64,000 nucleotides of DNA from Bdellovibrionales bacterium (GTDB lineage Bacteria > Bdellovibrionota > Bdellovibrionia > Bdellovibrionales > UBA1609): contig OZ240230.1 of assembly GCA_965197855.1 (NCBI GenBank), forward strand, positions 960,153 through 1,024,152, given 5' to 3'. Below, piece by piece: positions 9,404 through 19,403 of this stretch. Below the pieces are notes generated by a model. It saw only the letters and a program-made list of their open reading frames with translations. It was not told the DNA's origin and made no database searches. Each line of letters starts with the position of its first letter. Position 1 is the first letter of the stretch. The position numbers were made by a program, and so were the translations under genes.

Positions 9404-11345
9404 GGGTTTTTCCTTTAGAAGATGGATGATGAGAAACTTTTGTATTTGAATATTTATCAAAATAAGATTTGAAAATATCTCTGGCAATAGGAGCAGACCC
9501 TACTGAACCTGAGCAGGAGTGTTCAGTGAGCACGGCTATTGTTAATTCAGGATTATCTGCAGGAGCAAACGCAACAAACCAACCATGGTTTCTATCTTTT
9601 AAAGGTTTTAGGCGGCAGTCTTTATATAAATTTTTTCGATTAAAAGAACGTACCTGACTAGTGCCTGTTTTACCGGCTATTAAATGATTTTTAATTTTCC
9701 ACCATCTGGCAGTGCCTTTTTGCCCATGTACGACACGTATTAAAGCTTGTTTGACTGTTTCAAAATGTGATGAGTCTATTTCTTCACTGAGATCTTTGAT
9801 AACTTTGCTTGAAAATTGTGTGAGCACTTCATTTTTTGAGTTCGTAATGGATTGAACAACATAAGGTCGAACTATTTTTCCGTTTGTAGCAATGGCATTA
9901 TAAGCAATCAAAGCTTGAATGGGAGTGGTGAGTATATAACCTTGGCCGATAGCATGCACTAAATCCTCGCCTCCCTGCCATTTTTCATTGATAGCTTCTT
10001 CTTTCCACTTGGGAGTTGGAACAAAACCTGTGATTTCTCCGGCAAGATTTATTTGAGTGGTTTGTCCAAAACCGAAAGCTTTGTAATAATCAGCCATTCT
10101 ATCCATTCCTAATTGCTGTCCTAATTGATAAAAGAAAGTGTTGGAAGACTCTTCAATAGCCTGAAGGACATTGATTCTACCGTAACCTGTTTGTTTGTGG
10201 TCGTGAAAAATACGGCGGCCTATACGTATTTTAGAAGGAGAGTTGATTAGTGTGTCTGGTGTGATAATCCCTTCTTGTAAAGCCGCTAAAGCCAGGAAAG
10301 GTTTAACAATGGATCCGGGGGGATAATGGTTTTGAATAACTTTGTTTAACATAGGTTTGTTCGGATTTTTCTTTAATTGATCCCAGTAATCATCAGATAA
10401 AGTATTTGAAAACAAATTAGGATCAAAACCTGGAGAGCTGACCCATGCGATAATTTCTCCATTGGTTTTCATTGCAATGGCCGCTCCATTTCGAGGGCCC
10501 ACACGATCTGCACGATTCATTGCTTTAAAGGCGGCTGTTTGTATTTCTGAATCAATGGTTAAAGTTAAATGCTGACCGGAGGTGGGTTTTTCAAATTTAA
10601 AATCAAATGGAAGTTCAGAGCGGGTCACAACTTGCCTGGAATGAGCATCCACTTCGATAAAAGAGAGCCCGTCTCTTCCTCGAATTTCTTTTTCGAAAGT
10701 TTGCTCCAAACCATTTTGACCAATAACATCTCCTGATTTGAAATGCAGTTCTCCTATAAATTTTTCGTTGAAAGCATCTATTTGTCCTTTAGAAATTTGT
10801 CCTGTATATCCAAGTAAGTGAACTCCTTGATTGTTTTGAGGATAAAACCGAACAATATATTCTTTAATGTTTAACTCAGGGAATGTTTCTCTCAGCAGTT
10901 TAAGGTGATAAACCTGTTTAAGGTTGAGTTGTTTTTTAAGGGAGATAGGGAAAAACTGTCCGCGCTCCTTCTTGCTTTTTTTAATTTGTGTCACTAAAGT
11001 TTGATAAGGAATATCAATAATAGGAGAGATGGTTTTTGCTACTTTTTCAATACTTTCTGAGTATTGAGGTGTTAAGAGAAGCTCCAGTTCCAAGTGATTG
11101 TTTGTTAGAATTTTATGATCACGACTCAGGATGAGACCTCGTGGGGCTTGAAGGACTTGTCTTTTTAAACGGTTATTTTCAGAATAACGTCTTAAATCGG
11201 GGCCTTTATATATTTGCAGGTACCACAGGCGTCCTGCAATAATTAAGAAAAAAACAGATAGGATGTACTTTGCATAGTGAATTCTTTTTGAAAGATTTTT
11301 CAATTCTTCATCCATTCTTGTAAATTCACTCATTGGTTTTAACAT
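9390..11345 (-). CDS. mrdA: penicillin-binding protein 2 (elongasome transpeptidase)
   Basis: 651 aa; N-terminal TM helix, PBP dimerisation and transpeptidase regions (SIVKP, SSN, KTGT motifs); sits between mreD and rodA. Confidence 0.9.
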   Translation of the reverse strand: MLKPMSEFTRMDEELKNLSKRIHYAKYILSVFFLIIAGRLWYLQIYKGPDLRRYSENNRLKRQVLQAPRGLILSRDHKILTNNHLELELLLTPQYSESIEKVAKTISPIIDIPYQTLVTQIKKSKKERGQFFPISLKKQLNLKQVYHLKLLRETFPELNIKEYIVRFYPQNNQGVHLLGYTGQISKGQIDAFNEKFIGELHFKSGDVIGQNGLEQTFEKEIRGRDGLSFIEVDAHSRQVVTRSELPFDFKFEKPTSGQHLTLTIDSEIQTAAFKAMNRADRVGPRNGAAIAMKTNGEIIAWVSSPGFDPNLFSNTLSDDYWDQLKKNPNKPMLNKVIQNHYPPGSIVKPFLALAALQEGIITPDTLINSPSKIRIGRRIFHDHKQTGYGRINVLQAIEESSNTFFYQLGQQLGMDRMADYYKAFGFGQTTQINLAGEITGFVPTPKWKEEAINEKWQGGEDLVHAIGQGYILTTPIQALIAYNAIATNGKIVRPYVVQSITNSKNEVLTQFSSKVIKDLSEEIDSSHFETVKQALIRVVHGQKGTARWWKIKNHLIAGKTGTSQVRSFNRKNLYKDCRLKPLKDRNHGWFVAFAPADNPELTIAVLTEHSCSGSVGSAPIARDIFKSYFDKYSNTKVSHHPSSKGKTHGSL

Positions 11346-11361
11346 TTATTTTTTTGACTCC

Positions 11362-11901
11362 TTATTTTAAAAATCTTTTTTCAAATGGCAGGTGCAAAGA
11401 TTCCAGCCAGTGATCCAAATAGAACATCAAGGGTTTTATCAGTATCACACAAAGTGCTGTGCTGATGATAGTTAAAATCCATCCGAAGAAGGGATAGTGT
11501 TTTATGGGTTGTAAGGGAATGATGGTGGAGATGAACCAATCCAAAAGGGGTAAAATAGCAGTAAACACCGTGCAAAAAATAAAAAATATTTTTGAATTTT
11601 TTAAATTCAAACGCTTTCCAAGCCAGGGGATGATGAAGATAATGGAGCTAAGACAAAGTAGTTTACCAAAACTCATAGAGGTTAATGTCGCATAAAAAAA
11701 GGATGTTAAATAAATCATTAAAATAGTGAGAGCCGGTGGTTTATACACGGAGAAATAGGCAATAAAAATAATCCAAAGTTGAGGAGGTGCATCAAAGCTA
11801 AGGCTTCTTATCAGTGGAGAGCTTTGTGCAATAATGAATATCATCATTATGGCTATAAAAATAAAAAAATGTAAAATATCTAATTTATATTTTTTAATCA
11901 T
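11362..11901 (-). CDS. mreD: rod shape-determining protein MreD
   Basis: 179-aa polytopic protein overlapping the mreC stop, in the canonical mreC-mreD-mrdA position. Confidence 0.65.
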   Translation of the reverse strand: MIKKYKLDILHFFIFIAIMMIFIIAQSSPLIRSLSFDAPPQLWIIFIAYFSVYKPPALTILMIYLTSFFYATLTSMSFGKLLCLSSIIFIIPWLGKRLNLKNSKIFFIFCTVFTAILPLLDWFISTIIPLQPIKHYPFFGWILTIISTALCVILIKPLMFYLDHWLESLHLPFEKRFLK

Positions 11902-12709
11902 TGTTTGCTTTTATAATAATAAATAATTCTTCAATTCGAGAAAGTCTGGCCGCTAAGCGAACATCCACTTCCTGATTCAGCCCATATTGTTCCTTATGAA
12001 TTTGAGATACAGTTCCAACAAGGAGTCCTGGAGGAAAAAATGAATCGATGCCGCTGGTGACAATTTGATCATTGATTTGTATGTCGTCTTCATTTCTTAT
12101 GTACTTGAGTGTAAGAAGTTGGTCCTCATATCCTTCAATCAAACCATGCACTCTCGATCTTTGAACAGTGACAGGCAGGACAGCGTTTCTATCAGATAAA
12201 AGTAAAATTTGTGCTGTATCTTGATGAACACGAAAAACATAACCAAGCACTCCTTCTTCAATAATAGCCCCCATGTTTTTTTTAAGTCCGTTTTGTGCTC
12301 CTTTATCAACGGTGAGGAGGCGGTAGTTTGGAAAAGGATCCATAGCAATCACTTTTGCAGGTAAAAGTTCAAAGCCTTCTTGCTCAGTAAATTGAAGAAG
12401 TTTGTTGAGTCTGGTATTTTCTGTTTGGATTTCTTTCATTTGCATCAGTTGGATTTTTAGCTGATGATTTTCTTTTCTCAGCGTCTGATTATTTTTTTTC
12501 ACTTGAATAATATAAGTGTACAAAGAAACAGTATTGCTAATGTAATTGATGTAGTGAGAAAAAAGCTGATGTGTTTTATGAGTGACAAATACACCTGCTT
12601 TAAATATGAAGGTTTTTTCCAATTGACTGTCTTGGATATTGACAAAGATTAAAGGGATGATGATGATGGATATAATAAATAAGGATGTTTTTAAGTTGAG
12701 AAAGTTCAT
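11894..12709 (-). CDS. mreC: rod shape-determining protein MreC
   Basis: 271 aa; N-terminal anchor, coiled coil (LRKENHQLKIQLMQMKEIQTEN) and C-terminal beta domain typical of MreC. Confidence 0.85.
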   Translation of the reverse strand: MNFLNLKTSLFIISIIIIPLIFVNIQDSQLEKTFIFKAGVFVTHKTHQLFSHYINYISNTVSLYTYIIQVKKNNQTLRKENHQLKIQLMQMKEIQTENTRLNKLLQFTEQEGFELLPAKVIAMDPFPNYRLLTVDKGAQNGLKKNMGAIIEEGVLGYVFRVHQDTAQILLLSDRNAVLPVTVQRSRVHGLIEGYEDQLLTLKYIRNEDDIQINDQIVTSGIDSFFPPGLLVGTVSQIHKEQYGLNQEVDVRLAARLSRIEELFIIIKANND

Positions 12710-12761
12710 AAAGGCTCCTTATTATTTTTAAACTGAATTATATAACAGGTTCAAATCAATT

Positions 12762-13751
12762 ATGTTTGAAAAGCTTAGAAAGCCTTGGCGTGCTAAAAAT
12801 GTATTTGCTTATATTATATTTGGTTTAATCTGTCTTGTTTTTGTTTTTTTAGGTGTGCCGACGGATCCTCTCTCAGGAGTGGGTGGCTTTGCCGTTATTG
12901 TGGATAAACAGGTTATATCCATTGCTTCCTTTAACCAGAGGTTGTCTTTTCTTCAGGAGAATCAAGGCTCATCGTTGAAAAGAGATACTGAGCGTCAAAA
13001 AGCTGATCAAAGGCTGGCTTTAAATCAATTGATTGATGAAAAATTAATGTCCAAAGCGGCTCAAGAGGCTGGTTTAAAAGTTTCTAATCAGGAGCTTAGA
13101 AGTCAAATTAAATCTTTTCCTGCTTTTCAGGAAAATGGAAAGTTTCAAAATTCTCTTTATAGGAATTATTTAGAGTCCAGCCGCACTTCTCCGGAAATTT
13201 TTGAGAACGATATTCGTACATTTATATTACTACAAAGGATGGAAAAATTATTTAACCGTATTTTCTTTATTTCCAGATCAGAAAAACAAAAGAACTCAGA
13301 TTTAAATAACTTTGAGTTTCAATTCAAATATGTGCGGATTCCTTTAAATAATTTGTCAGGTGGTGGTGCGGATTTGAACAAATGGCAGGAGTTATTAGCA
13401 AGTGCTGAGTTATTGGAGCAAGAATTAAAAAAACAAGGTTTTGAATGGATTCAGTCTTCATCAGTCACTTTAAATAATTGGAGTAGTGCTTTGCCTATAT
13501 TAGTAGATGAAACTGAACTCTTTGATTCTATGCTTGAAAAACTACCGAATAAAGGGCTTATTCCTAAATTATTGGTGCAGGCTGATTATTTGATTTTAGC
13601 TTATTTGACGAACTTTAAAGTTAAGGAATCTACAGAAATAAAATTATCTCAGGATATTTTGTCTTTTTCTATTTCCAGAATTATTTTTTCTTCTTGGTTG
13701 CAGTTTATGAAAAACCAATCCCGCATCCAAGTAAATCCTAAACTGCTTTAA
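12762..13751 (+). CDS. PpiD/SurA-N-like periplasmic chaperone (no clear PPIase domain)
   Basis: N-terminal anchor MFEKLRKPWRAKNVFAYIIFGLICLVFVFLG followed by a SurA-N-like helical region. Confidence 0.5.
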   Translation: MFEKLRKPWRAKNVFAYIIFGLICLVFVFLGVPTDPLSGVGGFAVIVDKQVISIASFNQRLSFLQENQGSSLKRDTERQKADQRLALNQLIDEKLMSKAAQEAGLKVSNQELRSQIKSFPAFQENGKFQNSLYRNYLESSRTSPEIFENDIRTFILLQRMEKLFNRIFFISRSEKQKNSDLNNFEFQFKYVRIPLNNLSGGGADLNKWQELLASAELLEQELKKQGFEWIQSSSVTLNNWSSALPILVDETELFDSMLEKLPNKGLIPKLLVQADYLILAYLTNFKVKESTEIKLSQDILSFSISRIIFSSWLQFMKNQSRIQVNPKLL

Positions 13752-13890
13752 AAGAGTACATTCATAAATTCCCTCTCAACAAAGGTCGAGATTCCTTCAA
13801 TCACTTTTAGTTTAATGCGTTGCTTCCATTAAGTTTGCTACGAGTGATTCCGAGACACTTCTTAGGACAAATTTTTTGGAGGGTAGACTG

Positions 13891-15048
13891 ATGAGATTGT
13901 TGCTTATTTATCTAGCATGTTTATTTGTAGTTGGATGTAGTAGTGGAGGCTTTGTATTTAACGATACGAAAGAGCTTGAAGATAATGTAGATATGGCATT
14001 GCTTTCTTCATTGGAAGATGAAGGTGATGTAGCTCCAGCATTGGATGTGGACTCTGGTGCGAAAGCCGAAAACTCTGAAGATTTAGCCGCATCAGAAACA
14101 AATCAAAGTAATGATGATAAACCAACAAGATCATTCGGTAAAAGAAGATCTAAAGGTGATGATGGTAAACCAAAAAGATCATTTGGTAAAAGAAGATCTA
14201 AAAGTGATGATCTAGTGGCAAAACCTGAAACAGTTCAAGTGCCTGAAGAAGTTATTGTAGATATAAATGATAAAGTGGATATTCTATTTGTAACTGATGG
14301 TAGTTTTTCTATGAGAGAAGTTCTTAGAAATATTCCTGAGAGAATGGATGGATTTATACCTGCCTTGGATTCTTTAAATTGGAGAGCTGGATTTATTAGT
14401 GCTCATGTAAAAAATAATAAAGACAAAGAACTTTCTTCTATGGAAATCGATGGAGCTATTGTATTGGAAAGAAAGTATATTACAAAAGGCACTGTTTCAA
14501 ATGAGAGAATTTTTATAGATACTTTAACAAGGAATAAGGGACGAAAAAGATGTGCATTTTCTCCAGAATGCGGTGGATTTAAGGAAACACCTCTTTTAGC
14601 TTTAAATGAATACCTTATTTCTCCCAGCAGGTCTGTCGAAACTGGAACTCATCTGATTCGAGAAGATGCTCATTTGGCGGTTGTGATTGTGACAGATAAC
14701 AGAGAAAATAAAAGACAAGGGCAAAGAGTAACATCAGATGAAGTAATAAATACTATTCAGCAGGAGCTTGGTGAAGATAAAGAATTTTCTGTTCATGTAT
14801 TGACGACAATGAATGACGCTTGTCAAGGGCAGTTGAGAGATGAATACTTCTTTGCAGAGGGCAATCGAGCTCCAGAGATGCTTTTATTAGCTAGAGAAAC
14901 TGGAGGAGCTAGTTTAAGTCTTTGTTCGCATGATTATGCTATTCCATTGGCGGAAGCTATTCAGAAAAGTGTTTTAGGCGAGGAAGAAGTGGACTGTAGT
15001 GCTTGTACAAATGCAAGTGTTATCTCAGATCAGGACAAACAAGTATAA
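13891..15048 (+). CDS. lipoprotein with vWA-like domain and basic tandem repeat
   Basis: Lipobox LFVVGC after GGAGGG Shine-Dalgarno; MIDAS-like DGSFSM in VDILFVTDGSFSM; ORF track start 13876 is probably too early. Confidence 0.6.
   Translation: MRLLLIYLACLFVVGCSSGGFVFNDTKELEDNVDMALLSSLEDEGDVAPALDVDSGAKAENSEDLAASETNQSNDDKPTRSFGKRRSKGDDGKPKRSFGKRRSKSDDLVAKPETVQVPEEVIVDINDKVDILFVTDGSFSMREVLRNIPERMDGFIPALDSLNWRAGFISAHVKNNKDKELSSMEIDGAIVLERKYITKGTVSNERIFIDTLTRNKGRKRCAFSPECGGFKETPLLALNEYLISPSRSVETGTHLIREDAHLAVVIVTDNRENKRQGQRVTSDEVINTIQQELGEDKEFSVHVLTTMNDACQGQLRDEYFFAEGNRAPEMLLLARETGGASLSLCSHDYAIPLAEAIQKSVLGEEEVDCSACTNASVISDQDKQV
14113..14211 (+). repeat. in-frame tandem repeat (45 + 48 bp) encoding DDKPTRSFGKRRSKG / DDGKPKRSFGKRRSKS
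   Basis: Two adjacent near-identical units read directly in the sequence. Confidence 0.85.
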
Positions 15049-15057
15049 TTTCTTTGT

Positions 15058-15094
15058 GTAAGCCATATAAGTTTTTCTTATATGGCTTACTTTT
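15058..15094 (+). terminator. rho-independent terminator after the vWA lipoprotein gene
   Basis: Perfect 14-bp stem GTAAGCCATATAAG / CTTATATGGCTTAC, TTTTT loop, then TTTT. Confidence 0.8.
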
Positions 15095-15108
15095 AAATAA
15101 TCAAAAGA

Positions 15109-15630
15109 CTATTGAGCGAAGATGTAAATGTCTTTGTAATTTCGGCCGAGTTCATCTGCATCCATACCAAAACCCACGACAAAACGATCATCAATTTCTT
15201 TACCTACGTAATCACACTGCATGGGCACCACTCTTCTGGAGTTTTTATTAAGCAAAGTGACCACTTTTAAAGAAGCAGGATTGGAAAGTAAAAGCCGTTC
15301 TTTTAAAAAGTTCGTTTTCTTTCCTGTATCCACAATTTCTTCAACAATAAGAACATGACGTCCCTCTACAGGCAAACTAACATCTCTTCGAATATGGCAG
15401 TGGCCATCCACCTTAATGATAGAGACTAAATCAATATGCATTTTGAAATCCAAATGTTTAATCAATTGATTTAGAAAAAAGATAGAACCTTTTAAAGGAC
15501 AAATTAAAAGAGGTTCTAATTCAGAGTAATCTTTTGTGAGGGTTTCTCCCAGTTGACTGCACAAAGATTGGATCTCTTCTTCTTTAATAAATGGCACTAA
15601 TCCTTTAAGCAAGGTCTCCCTCCTGAACAC
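15109..15630 (-). CDS. hpt: hypoxanthine phosphoribosyltransferase
   Basis: 173 aa; PRPP-binding motif VLIVEEIVDTGKK and C-terminal DYVGKEIDDRFVVGFGMD. Confidence 0.85.
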   Translation of the reverse strand: MFRRETLLKGLVPFIKEEEIQSLCSQLGETLTKDYSELEPLLICPLKGSIFFLNQLIKHLDFKMHIDLVSIIKVDGHCHIRRDVSLPVEGRHVLIVEEIVDTGKKTNFLKERLLLSNPASLKVVTLLNKNSRRVVPMQCDYVGKEIDDRFVVGFGMDADELGRNYKDIYIFAQ

Positions 15631-16474
15631 TTTGGATATTTTGTGTGTGAGCCAGAAATTTTAAGGCTTGTTTGTTTTTAGGATCCATATAAAGCACCCG
15701 CTCCCACTCTAAAATGGCTTGAGGAATTTTTCGACTTTGAAAGTAAAATTCACCCAGCAAAAGAGAAACTTCTACAGACAGTGGATGATTCCTTTTAGTT
15801 TGCAACAGCTGATGTACAGCTTCAGATTTTCTATCAAGTTTCCATAAGCATCGAATGATCGATAAATCCAAGGAAAGCAAATGGCCTTGCTTGGGGCTGG
15901 CTTTTAAAAACTCCAGTAAAGCTTCATGGAAATAACCTTTGTTGAAATAAGCCTGTCCGGATTGAATGTGCTGTTCAGCTATGTATTTTTCCCACTTGGT
16001 TTGAGTGCTTTCAAAATAAGCTTTGTAAGCCCGTTTATAAACCAATTTACCTCGTTCATAGTCTCCTAAATCCAACCTCAATAAGCTTAAATTAAATAAA
16101 CACTCCAGATGAGAAGAGTCTAACTCTAGAGCTTGTTTATAAGAGGTTACAGCTTGTTTAAATTCATTTTGTTGGTGGTAAGAAGCTCCTAAAAGAGCAT
16201 AGCTGTTGGCGGAGCCTAAACCTTTGGCATGCAGGGTTTTTAAAAGTGTAACAGCTTGAGGGTATAAGTTTTTTTCAAATAAGTCTTTGGCTTTTTCTTC
16301 AATAGATTGAAAGTAATTATGAGATGTCTTTGGACTTTCAACAGGGGTTTCTTCTTTGGTTGATAAGATTTCTTCAAGAGGCGCTGTTGTTTTGGAAATA
16401 AGAGCGTCTTGATCTTCTTGTGGTGCAGAGCTTGGCTGTAGTTCTGAAGTTTCTTTTATTGTTTCTAAATCCAT
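15605..16474 (-). CDS. TPR-repeat protein
   Basis: 289 aa; repeated A..Y..AL.L.P patterns characteristic of TPR. Confidence 0.65.
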   Translation of the reverse strand: MDLETIKETSELQPSSAPQEDQDALISKTTAPLEEILSTKEETPVESPKTSHNYFQSIEEKAKDLFEKNLYPQAVTLLKTLHAKGLGSANSYALLGASYHQQNEFKQAVTSYKQALELDSSHLECLFNLSLLRLDLGDYERGKLVYKRAYKAYFESTQTKWEKYIAEQHIQSGQAYFNKGYFHEALLEFLKASPKQGHLLSLDLSIIRCLWKLDRKSEAVHQLLQTKRNHPLSVEVSLLLGEFYFQSRKIPQAILEWERVLYMDPKNKQALKFLAHTQNIQSVQEGDLA

Positions 16475-16489
16475 AGCTCCTCCTTTCTA

Positions 16490-17179
16490 TTAAGATTGTT
16501 TTTTTATTTGTTTTGAATAATGTTTCATTTTTGATGAGTTTCCCAGTTTTTCAGCAAATTTCAGAGCTAAACCTAAAGCCTCTTGATGCCATTTGCTTTT
16601 TGGGTATTTTAAAATAACAGTATCCAGACGATTCAATGTTTCTTTGGAATATTTTTCTTTCTTAAAATAAAATTGAGCTATTTGAACTTCTTTCTTGGTA
16701 ATTTTATCATGAATCTCATTTTGAATAACTTTAACTTGTTTGGTGTATTTTCCCTTAGGATCTTTTTTTAAAAAATCACTGATTAAATTCAAAGCTTTAT
16801 CAGATAGAGACAAATCTCGGTCCGGAATTCTTGGAATTTGCTTGTTCCAGCTTGTAATCTGTCTGTAATAAGCATATTCCACCTCTGAATGGGCGGGATG
16901 CAGATGAATAAAAGTTTGATAGGCTTTGCCGGCGGACTCCCACTCTGTTTGATCGAAAAAAACATCTGCCTTTAAAAGATCTGCTTTTTCAGCTTGGGCA
17001 CTGTAAGGAAATTGATATTTTAGTTTTAAAATAGTATCGAGAGCTTCCACATAATAACCTCTTTTAGCCTGGCTTTGTGCTTGTTCAAGTAGATCTTGAG
17101 CTGTTTTGGGGGTTTTATCAGAACTTTGACAAGCCCAAAGAAAGAAGAAAATACAATATACTAATTTATACCCTTTCAT
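16490..17179 (-). CDS. bamD: outer membrane protein assembly factor BamD
   Basis: Lipoprotein (FFLWAC) with TPR-like helices; size and sequence pattern of BamD/YfiO. Confidence 0.75.
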   Translation of the reverse strand: MKGYKLVYCIFFFLWACQSSDKTPKTAQDLLEQAQSQAKRGYYVEALDTILKLKYQFPYSAQAEKADLLKADVFFDQTEWESAGKAYQTFIHLHPAHSEVEYAYYRQITSWNKQIPRIPDRDLSLSDKALNLISDFLKKDPKGKYTKQVKVIQNEIHDKITKKEVQIAQFYFKKEKYSKETLNRLDTVILKYPKSKWHQEALGLALKFAEKLGNSSKMKHYSKQIKKQS

Positions 17180-17182
17180 TAC

Positions 17183-18253
17183 TTACCTTGTAACTTCTGC
17201 GTTAATAATATGCTGATAGACGGCATGATAGGCTACTTGAATAGCATTGGCAACCGGAATAGAGATAATCATTCCTAAAATACCAAGAAATTGAGCGCCG
17301 GCTATAACTACTACAACGACGGTTACAGGATGTAATTTCATCATACGAGCCACTAAAATGGGAATTAAAATAATATTATCAATGAGCTGAGCAATGACAT
17401 ACACACTTAGGACAATGAAGAGATTCAATAAAGGCATTCCGTTGATAACACCTACAAGTAAAGCAGGAATACAGCCAATGACAGGACCCACATAAGGCAC
17501 AAGATTCATCACGCCTGCAAACAAACCAATCAATAAAGCAAAGGGAAAAGAAATAATTTGAAGCCCTATACCTGTAATAAGCCCTACAATAAAAGCTTCT
17601 AAAATACGCGCTCGAATAAATTGTCCAATTTGCAAGCTAATTTGATGGGTCAAACTGAGAGTTGTTTCAAAGACATGGTTGGGTACCAAGGACAAAAAAC
17701 TACGGTACAAACTGTGCGAGTCTTTCACCATAAAGAAAGCCAGAAAAGGACAGAGAAAAAATACAGAAAAGGAACTTGTAATCATTACAGGGAGTTCTTG
17801 TGCCAGATTTGTCGCTTGTGAAATTAACCATTTCTTTGCTTGAGTGGTGACATTGGCATTTTCTATAAATGGAATGAAGACTTGCAATTTTTTTTCTGTT
17901 TGATCCAAAAGAATGATCATACCATCAATATATTTGGGAATTTCTGATCTTAAATTTTGAAATTGTTCAGATAAAAAGGGCATCGTCCACAAAATAACAG
18001 CAATAGCGCTTCCTCCAAAGAGACTGAACCCAATAAGAGTGGCCAGTCCGCGATCCACTTTGAACCAGCCTTCAACACGGTCCACAAAAGGGCGGATGGC
18101 CTGACTGAGCACCACAGCCAGCAGTACAGAGATAAACATATTGTTTATTTTGACGAGTAAAAAAGCAAAGGTGCCAATCAGAGATAGAAAGAAAAATAAT
18201 TTAATCCAATTAAGTCTTTGAACTTTTCTTTTTTCAAAAAAAGAGGAATTCAA
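17183..18253 (-). CDS. AI-2E family transporter (PerM/UPF0118)
   Basis: 356 aa polytopic; conserved LNLVPYVGPVIG-type segment (MNLVPYVGPVIGCIPALL). Confidence 0.85.
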   Translation of the reverse strand: MNSSFFEKRKVQRLNWIKLFFFLSLIGTFAFLLVKINNMFISVLLAVVLSQAIRPFVDRVEGWFKVDRGLATLIGFSLFGGSAIAVILWTMPFLSEQFQNLRSEIPKYIDGMIILLDQTEKKLQVFIPFIENANVTTQAKKWLISQATNLAQELPVMITSSFSVFFLCPFLAFFMVKDSHSLYRSFLSLVPNHVFETTLSLTHQISLQIGQFIRARILEAFIVGLITGIGLQIISFPFALLIGLFAGVMNLVPYVGPVIGCIPALLVGVINGMPLLNLFIVLSVYVIAQLIDNIILIPILVARMMKLHPVTVVVVVIAGAQFLGILGMIISIPVANAIQVAYHAVYQHIINAEVTR

Positions 18254-18759
18254 GGTGTATCCTTTCCAGAATGAATTTCCATAAGCCTTTCTCCGGCTTT
18301 TTGCAGTCGGAGTCCTAAGATACTGGATAGTTTCATTAAAATACGTGCACTCAGGCGTGGCGATGTTTCAATAAGGCTTAACAGCTCTGGTTTAAAGAAA
18401 CCAAGAAGTTCAGAGGGCTCTGTCGCTTTTGCTGTTGTTTTATGATACCCTTTATCTTGAACTAAAGACAGCTCGCCAAAAAAGTCTCCTTCTTTCAATT
18501 GACTCGTATTTGTTGCATTAGATTGGGTATCATCTCCATAAGCAATCTGAACCTGGCCTTTCATAATCATATAAAGGCCTATACTGGAGCCAGGCTTAAA
18601 AATCACTTCACCTGAAAAGTAAGTTCTATGGTGGATAAATTTTTCGACCATACGAAGTTCTTTATTATTCAATGAGGAAAACAAAGGTTGTTTTTTTAAA
18701 AAATCAATTTTGGATTGATTTTTTGATTTGAAAAAATTATTCCATAAAAATTCAATCAT
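18250..18759 (-). CDS. cyclic nucleotide-binding domain protein
   Basis: 169 aa; cNMP-binding fold motif GDFFGELSL. Confidence 0.8.
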   Translation of the reverse strand: MIEFLWNNFFKSKNQSKIDFLKKQPLFSSLNNKELRMVEKFIHHRTYFSGEVIFKPGSSIGLYMIMKGQVQIAYGDDTQSNATNTSQLKEGDFFGELSLVQDKGYHKTTAKATEPSELLGFFKPELLSLIETSPRLSARILMKLSSILGLRLQKAGERLMEIHSGKDTP

Positions 18760-18821
18760 TTGTTCTAGCCATTTTTAAGTATTTTGTTATTATTGCTCAG
18801 GTTTTTTTTTGTTCTTCATAG

Positions 18822-19391
18822 TTAATATGATTTGTCCATGGGATGCAACTTAATTTTCAAAATCCATCCAATAGTTTGCTGAGGGGTTTTGATTTGAATC
18901 CATTCTTTTGAAGTTTTTAGTTGCATCACCCAGCCTCCTGGAGCAAGAGAGAATAAAACAGGGGAAGATGTATTGGGTGCCGTATGAGCTGTGGTCTCTT
19001 CAAGGATGGTTATGCGCGGGATGTGACGATAAAACGAAAAACCAAAGTGTATCACTAAGCATAAGCAGAAAAATACAAGTTTGCTGATACTCATAGAAAA
19101 GAAAAGAAGAAGAAGGCTTAAGGCAATAAGAGAGAGAAAGACTTCAGAAGGGATGAGCATCCAAAAAGGAGGAGAGTGTTGTAATTGATCAAGAGCTTTT
19201 TTAGCCGGTCTGAACCAAGGATCTGATTGCAGAGCTTTTCTAAATAAAGCTATAGCTTTGAATTTTTCTTGAGAGTTATAGTGTTGAACTCCTTGATTGT
19301 ACAACTTTACAGCTTCTTTATTGGTAGGGAAATTCAAATTGGCGTTTGAAAAAAAAGCTCCAAATATAAGGAGAATCAGTAAAAATTTCAT
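18822..19391 (-). CDS. TPR plus SH3-like membrane protein (BatE-like)
   Basis: Signal peptide, one TPR-like unit, two TM helices, C-terminal SH3-like segment (GGWVMQLKTSKEWIQIKT). Confidence 0.45.
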   Translation of the reverse strand: MKFLLILLIFGAFFSNANLNFPTNKEAVKLYNQGVQHYNSQEKFKAIALFRKALQSDPWFRPAKKALDQLQHSPPFWMLIPSEVFLSLIALSLLLLFFSMSISKLVFFCLCLVIHFGFSFYRHIPRITILEETTAHTAPNTSSPVLFSLAPGGWVMQLKTSKEWIQIKTPQQTIGWILKIKLHPMDKSY

Positions 19392-19403
19392 TTTTATTAA
19401 AAT

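Noticed and set aside
14113-14211. Tandem repeat checked as a possible CRISPR or other array
   Set aside because: It has only two units, both in-frame inside a CDS, with no spacers. No CRISPR-like array exists anywhere in the window.
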